NCBI RefSeq assembly: GCF_052425735.1
Contig: NC_135759.1
Location: 2,046,495 to 2,110,000, forward strand
Length of the DNA: 63,506 bases
Source of the DNA: Oculina patagonica
Lineage: Eukaryota
Direction of reading: 5' to 3'
Each line of letters starts with the position of its first letter. Position 1 is the stretch's first letter. The notes under the pieces were generated by a model. That model saw only the letters and a program-made list of their open reading frames with translations, made no database searches and was not told the DNA's origin. The translations under genes and the position numbers were made by a program. Shown piece by piece: positions 56,651 through 63,506 of the stretch.

Positions 56651-59600
56651 TATGAAAAGTTGCTCAAAAGTAGCCGAGCATCTTTGAGACGGCCTCAGTC
56701 CATAGTCTTCCTAGCGTTGTGTGGCCCTCTGCATTTAATCATCCCACATACTCTTATGATATACAACAAAACAAACAAAACATGTTCAGAAGAGCCCATC
56801 AAGATTTTTATGACCTAGTCTGTGTGCAGCCGCCCTGGCATGAGCTGGCATGGTTGAGCTCGCTTAGATCGTGTGAGCTCGACTTGTAGGCAAGTCCAAA
56901 CAATAGAAGCGAAAGGCTTACATTTACAAAACTTGCTTTTGGGCTGATTATCTAAGGTCGTGTAAAGCGGGATTCCTTTGAAGCCGACAAAGAACTTACG
57001 TTTGAATCACATGTAGATTTGCAGAAAATTGATTTGTCGTGCCGGTGGCACTAGAAGTACCTAGAATATTACAACGAATCGAAAGAAATTTAGGATATCC
57101 TGGGCTATCAACACTATATCAAACCTTTTATACTAAAGTCTCAACGAACAAAAAACATTTCGTTATGTATCCATGGATCTCCGTCTGATCCCGTTCGAAG
57201 GATCGGTGAGTTTAGTGGTACCTGTCCTTTTGCATGTAACAAAAGTACCGGTACCACGATTTTTTTTTCTTATGAACCACAATTCAACAGAAATGGGTCG
57301 CAAAATCAGGCGCAAATCTTAGCTTGCAAATAAATAGCACAGAGTAAGCGGATGGCAGCACAAATATTCGACGAGAAACGTTAACTTCCACGGTTTTCGC
57401 CCAAGCTTCACCCGCATATTGTCGGCTTCAAAGCCGTGCCGCTTCCCTGCCGCTTTCTCAGGACAATCGGCGGTAAAAGACTGGACGCTTTGCAAAGCGC
57501 GTTCACGCGTTTTGCTAAAGATTAATACTTATGTTATTAACCAAAGCGGTTCTTTTAGACGTTTTTAAATTTAAACAAAGTTTCCTGGGAAAAGCAACGC
57601 TTCCTTATTCTCATAGATTGTGGATATTGTCCGGGAACCGACGCGGCAACGAGAGCGGGCAACCCGCTACTTTTCGGAATTGCTTTTTATGCAGAGTGCG
57701 GCTCGCTTAGGGATTGGGTTTATAATCGGAGTAGAGTATAATATAAGATTCCAGTTGCAAATATATACCGAAAGATACGTCTTAAATGAACAACACTCTC
57801 AACCCACCCAAAATTCGAAAGGGGTGGAGGAAAGAGGGGCGGTGGCCAAAAGCCGAAGCTATTTTCAGAGTACAAGACTTACTAGAATGTTTGGATAGAG
57901 GACTGTCTGAGATCTGCACTCTGAATCTTTGAAAAAAAAGCACGTCAAGCCTAAACTACAGTGGTGCGAGACATCCAAAGCGGAAATATATTTTCTTGAT
58001 CAGTGCAGAATGCATGATGTGTGTGTATTTTTGGTACTGTCGGTTCCTTTGAGATCAGCATGTCTAACACTGCCAGGAGTCTTCACAGCTAGAAGATCTA
58101 ATAAAGTGTCAACTTTATTATAGTTTGTCCACAGGTTTGTCCACAGGGGTAAGTACGCTGTGGTGAAATGCCCGGCAGTCCAAAAATTTTTTTCAGAATT
58201 TCAACTGAAAGATTCTTTTAAAATTCTTGGGAGTATTACATGTTTGTTTAGAAATGTCGAGCGATTCAAAAAATTATGTTGGTTTTCTAGTTGACTAAAT
58301 ATTCGAACTTGGGCATACTATAAAAATTTCAATTTTGGTTCTCGTCAACTCATGACAACTTTGGCTCACATCGGCTGTCTGAAATATTTGCCGAATTCCG
58401 ACAGAAAGCCTCATTCAATTCTATTGAGAGTATTTTATATTTATAAGCAAGGGAGTTTAAAGAGAAAATTTCAAGCCTGGACAGAAAAGTGACGATTTGA
58501 TTTATTGCAAAATAAACTGAGATCACTTAATATGTCGCTCCACGGGATTAGAACGACTGGTACCTAGAGCGCGCGCATCGCGCAAAAGATCCGCGAAAGT
58601 CGCGAATTGAACCGCCCAAACAGAAACAATGAAATGACCAATATATCTGTGATTTTGTCAGAACATTTCTCTTAATATGTATTTGAAACTACGCAATACA
58701 CGCGAGACGGCTTCTCGCGCCTTTCGCGTTTTCCAAATGCGCGCCTAAAAATTACACAAAACGCAGGCTAGACGAGGCACTCAGGAATGGGCGGGGAAAA
58801 AATCGTGCGTGAGCCCACGAAAGAACGCGCGCGGCTGTAAAAGAATATTTTCGTGCAGTTGCTAAATTTTCACACGGTTCTTGGCGTTCCTTTGCTTGGG
58901 GTTATCGAAAAAAAGGAATTTTTCTTATCTGAAAATTTATTTTTGTTGTTTGATGAACAATCGAAAGTGATCGGGGAAGCAAAAACATTGTTAGCGAAGG
59001 AGTGGCTGCCTGCAGAAACTGAATTTAAAGTATCTGTTTCATGTCAAAAATTATCAGATTATCTTTATCCGATTATCCAGGCCGCGGACTGTAGATCGGA
59101 GGTGTTGCACGAAAAAGCCGCCACACTTTCAAGCCGACTTTAAACACAGCGCACTCACGTACAACGAAAACAGCCATTTTGATTCATTAGTTTTACAATC
59201 TTATCCGTTTTAAAAATATAAAGCGAAAGGTTTTCACGCCTTAATTGTTTATACAAACGAGCTGGATCGCATTTCGTCAAGCTCAAGGAATGAGGAAAAT
59301 GCCAAAGTTTTCGTCACGTATCAACGATAAATAGACCTTTATTTTATTTGCATGTAACATTTAACGCGTCTCTTTACTCCTGTGTTTAGACGACAAGATT
59401 GTTAGATGTGAAACTTTTTTCACTTCAATGGAAGAAAAGATATTTTCGCGCCTTTTTACGCGTGAGAAAATAACTTTTGTGTCGGCATGTTTTTAATTAG
59501 GGGCCATTGTCAGCGTGCACTCATCCGTGATGAAAGCTTCTTCAAGTCGGCTTCATGAAATCCGTGAAAACTCTACTTTTCATCTCACATCACTTTTTAT

Positions 59601-60680
59601 TCGAGATCTGTAACTAAACTTACATCGAAGTGTCCTTGAGGGGCGTTTAGGTTGTGGTTGTTATTTTAAATTCTGTTTACTAATTGCTCCTAATTTGTTA
59701 ATGAAACGACTCCACCTCAAAAACATCCGAATTAAAAGAAGAATGCACTCTGACACCTCAGCGTGGGAAAATTACCAGCAAAAATGTATCAAGCGCAAAG
59801 TTTCATTTTGATAGATGGGAAAATAAAAGCTTTGTTTATAGTTCCTTAAATTTCAGCTGTGAAAATAACGAAGATTTGGAAAGATTAGGGTTAACTAGGG
59901 TTTATATAAATATTAAATGTCACTGTAATGTAATCATGCTTTAACAAGTTTTATATGCGCTATAAAAGCCACGCAGGTTAGATCTTTTTTCTCGGTTTTA
60001 CACAGAAAAATTTAAGTAAAGCTCTTCTAATTTTTGCCTGAGCATAAAAACTTAAAGTTATTTGGTACTATCGCTAATTGTTGGAATTTTAAAGACGAAA
60101 CAAAAAACCTCGTTCTTGACGATTTTAAAATAGCATCTCGATATTAAATTTACTTTTTATCAGTTATTCTGGTGTCAATGTTCTGGGTCGTGTTTTGGTC
60201 ACAACTGACAAATAAGAGCGGCGGTCTTGTTTAATCTATCGAAGCTGTTATCTGGTGATAATTCGGAGTCTTGAAAGCAACAGGTTATTTCCATCAACAC
60301 ACCGTTTAATCAAATCAGTGATGCCTGGCAGAGATGCTTTTTCAAGCCACCCACTTTGAATTTTCACCAAAGACTTCCTGTTACAAACCGTCGCTTCTTT
60401 TATTTAAAGAACTTGGTATTCCAGAGCAATAAAAACAAATACGCATTTTATTTCACCATTGATTGTCCAATTTGCAAAGGTATTGTTTTTCTTTCGAAGA
60501 GTTGTTTGTTCCTTTGGGAGGAGTTGTCAGTTACAGGTTTTGTGTTGTGCATGAAATTGTCCCTAATTACAGCATAATTAGTGACACACGGGGTATAAAA
60601 TAACCGTGACATCTGCGGTCGGTTCATTTCCCACGTGCTTTCAGAGAGAGAGGTTTAGATCGGAGCTCGAAGTTTACATC

Positions 60681-63019
60681 ATGGTAAGCATGCAAGATTT
60701 ATGTTACAATTTTTTTGCTCTAACATTTGTTACACCATTCTCAAATTCTGGGGTCTTTTCATGGGCTTTTTTAGCTTTTCAATGGCTTCTTTTCCGGTGA
60801 CATTTCGCATCGAGATAGAACATCATTTGCGATCGGAACAAAATAATTGTAACCTGCAGTTTTCTGCCGATTGTGGCAATATTTTTATAGAACAAGCAAC
60901 GATCAATAGTTAAGGTTGAATTCGAAACGTTTGCGAACATTTTATATGGCAGCGGAAAGATCTCTTGCAAATATGTCTAAAGTTTGGTTTTTAATCGATA
61001 ACGCTTTAATTTCAGGAGAGCAGTTCAACGTATTTGTACGGAAAGCGCTACAGGAACCGTTTGTTTGTTGGAGGCCTCCCACTCAACGTAAGTTCTGTTT
61101 TATTATTTTTAATTTTAAGAATACTGTTATTCCAGGTTATAAGTTTAAATTGGTGTGAATAGCTTGTCGTTTGATTTGAGATCGTGATTGTTGAATGGAA
61201 CTTTTACTCTAAGCTCATTACTTAAATCCAAAGGGGCACTCAAATGCCCCTTGTAAAGCAGTAATCCTTGAAGCTCATGTATAAATGTCGACAACTGTTT
61301 ACAATGTTTGTTTAATTTCAAAACACGGCACGAAAATGTAGTGACATGCGAAGGGGTTTCCGTCTTCGAGACTTTGATCATCAGTTTATTTGTAACACAA
61401 TTTTATGTTTGCAGTCGATCGAAAAAAAAAGTGGAAAACATTGAATGAGTTTATTTGCAAGTAACAGTGTGAAAAACATATATTACTGGGCTCTAAAATT
61501 TGATTTTCCTGTCGGTTTAAGGAAAGCGTGATGAATATTTCCCCAAGCAGTAATGATACCTCATTGTACTTGTGGTGAAGTGCCTTTTTCCTGATCTGTT
61601 TTTTGTTTGCTAACACTAACCAATCTTCTTTTTGTTTGATCGGCGATAAATATAGAGCTTAACTATGTGTGGAGTTAAGATGAGTCTGCTCTATACTGCA
61701 AAATTTTCAAGCAGTGTCAGAAATAGTGAAAAGCTCCGGCCACGCGCATTTTTTGTCCCAAATTACGATGTAATTAATTATGCAGTCAAGAAAGCGCGCG
61801 AATTCCACACTTCATTAATTATTCAAAATCTGTCGGTAGTCTGGGCCAAACAGGAAACTGGGGTTAATCATTCCCATATGTAGGGTTTTAAACTGAATTG
61901 AATATTAAATTTGCACTTGTTGGTCTACCGGAATCTGGTTGTTCCGTTTCGTATTTACATTGCATACCCCCTAAAAATTCCCCTTTCCCACTTTCAGGGC
62001 CTTTCTTTCCTTTGAGGTCTCACCTTTGGACCTGCTGCTGCATAAAAATTTTGACAATTTATAATTATATAGGAAGTCAATATTACAGCACAGCAGTGGC
62101 AGATCCACTTTGAAGTGCCGCGGGGCCCACTCCCCCCCCCCCCTTATTTTTTTCGGAAGTAGTGCATTTTATTTGAAGTTCGAATTTTCTTCGCAGAATT
62201 CAATATTCATAGTCTAGCGATATAGCAGGCCCCCCCCCCTTTCTGGTCTGGATCTGCCACTGCACAGTATACTGATTTTTGAAAGGAAGTTTATTCAATG
62301 TTGGTTTCTCCCAGTTAAAATACATTGTGTAGTTCCATAAGTTATCCAAACCTCTCCGGAAGGGATTTTTCCAAAGACACCCCACCCCTCTTGAAATTCC
62401 AATTAAGTTTCATACATTTCCTTAAAGTTTTTGGCCTTTTTGACCCCTTCTACAGCCAGGAATTTCCAATCCCTTCTGTGAGGGGAGTATGGATATTTAC
62501 AGGAACCACACATTGTGGAAAATGATTGAAAACTTGATGTCTAAAATTTGTTGTCATTTTGCAGACAACAGCCGAAGAATTGGCGGGCTATTTCAGCCAC
62601 TTCGGCCATGTCATCGAGGCCAAGATTATCTTTGATGAACAGCAAGTCCCAAAAGGGTAAGTCTTTATTTTTTTTGGTTTATATTCATTTTATAGATAGA
62701 AGGTGATTGCTGGACTCAGAAAAATAACAAAAAATGATAGGTCCCAATACTCATTTACGAGAAAACAATGATTTATCTCTCTTGCAAGCCACACCATATA
62801 GAAAAAGCTGCCATTTTCCTAATTTACGCACGCCAATCATGCATAAAATTATGCACAGTAAAGGATGCGCAGTGCAATACTGAGGAATTACCTTAATAGA
62901 GGTTTGACTATTTTTTAAGAGAACCTTTTCAAAAACCCAACCTTATTCTCTGTTCTCCTTACAGGTACGGATTTGTAACTTTCCAATCTGAAGGCGACGT
63001 TAGGAATGTCACAGAAATG
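60681..63019 (+). CDS. BOLL: BOULE/DAZ-family RRM protein, 5' part; exons 60681-60683 (ATG only), 61016-61087, 62565-62656, 62965-63019; continues past window end
   Basis: Spliced: M|ESSSTYLYGKRYRNRLFVGGLPLN|TTAEELAGYFSHFGHVIEAKIIFDEQQVPKG|YGFVTFQSEGDVRNVTEM. RNP2 LFVGGL, RNP1 KGYGFVTF, canonical splice sites. The start exon and a possible 24-nt micro-exon at 60891-60914 are less certain. Confidence 0.78.
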
Positions 63020-63099
63020 GTAAGACTTCTCCCACCAATGGGGTAGGGATTTATTCCAGCCTGGAGTAAAATATATCTCAAGCTTGGGTAGTATCGAAA

Positions 63100-63320
63100 G
63101 AAGACCCCGAAAAGAAGACCTAAGACCTAAGACCCAACGACTAAGACCCAACGAAAACAACCGTAGAACAAGACCCATACGATAAGACCCGAAAAGACCC
63201 AACGAAACCGACGAAACAAGACCCGAACTAAGACCCGAGAAGACCGACAGCCACGAACAAGACCCAACGAAACTAAGACCCATACGAAAACTAAGACCCA
63301 ACGAACTAAGACCCGGCCAA
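63100..63320. repeat. Degenerate (AAGACCC..)n repeat array in the BOULE-like intron
   Basis: More than 10 imperfect AAGACCC/AACGA units. Confidence 0.75.
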
Positions 63321-63506
63321 AACCAGCGTTACCAAGAGTTCTACATTCTGTATTATTATATAATAATAATAAAGAATAAAAAAGGAAGACACTACGAAGA
63401 CAATGAGCGCTCCAAAACGAAATCGAAAATGAACGCACAGACACGAAACGGAAGAAAAGATGCTGTCCGAAAATCCACTGAAGCATCGGAGCAGTCACAA
63501 GACTGC

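Noticed and set aside
56800-59300. CpG-richer region with short ORFs (e.g. 58853-59143)
   Set aside because: No recognisable domain, TIR pair or consistent exon chain; probably decayed transposon sequence but not supportable.
62915-63498. Hydrophobic minus-strand ORFs
   Set aside because: Antisense translation of the degenerate AAGACCC repeat in the BOULE-like intron.

Overview
Eukaryotic, AT-rich, intron- and MITE-rich genomic DNA. The repeat families and gene types suggest an anthozoan, probably a stony coral (inference). From left to right: (1) The 5' 24 coding exons of SNRNP200/Brr2, the U5 snRNP helicase (- strand, ATG at 22229, continuing off the left edge). Its introns hold two duplicated pairs of box H/ACA snoRNA-like RNAs with rRNA-complementary pockets, plus a third duplicated structured RNA of unclear class. 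(2) A small secreted cystine-knot protein gene (IL-17/Spaetzle/Trunk-like cysteine pattern). (3) Three single-exon class A GPCR paralogues: one doubly frameshifted, one intact, and one with a DKC motif whose stop codon comes from a MITE. (4) A decayed LINE and a ~3.9 kb Sola3-like DNA transposon with long TIRs. (5) Two tandem Sushi-(LDLa)-CUB-TM receptor genes, one lacking its LDLa module. (6) The 5' exons of a BOULE/DAZ-family RRM gene running off the right edge. Many MITEs and tRNA-derived SINEs are present, some nested. The 31-33.4 kb region shows deletion-rich sequence that may be consensus error. All calls were made by eye; no searches were run.
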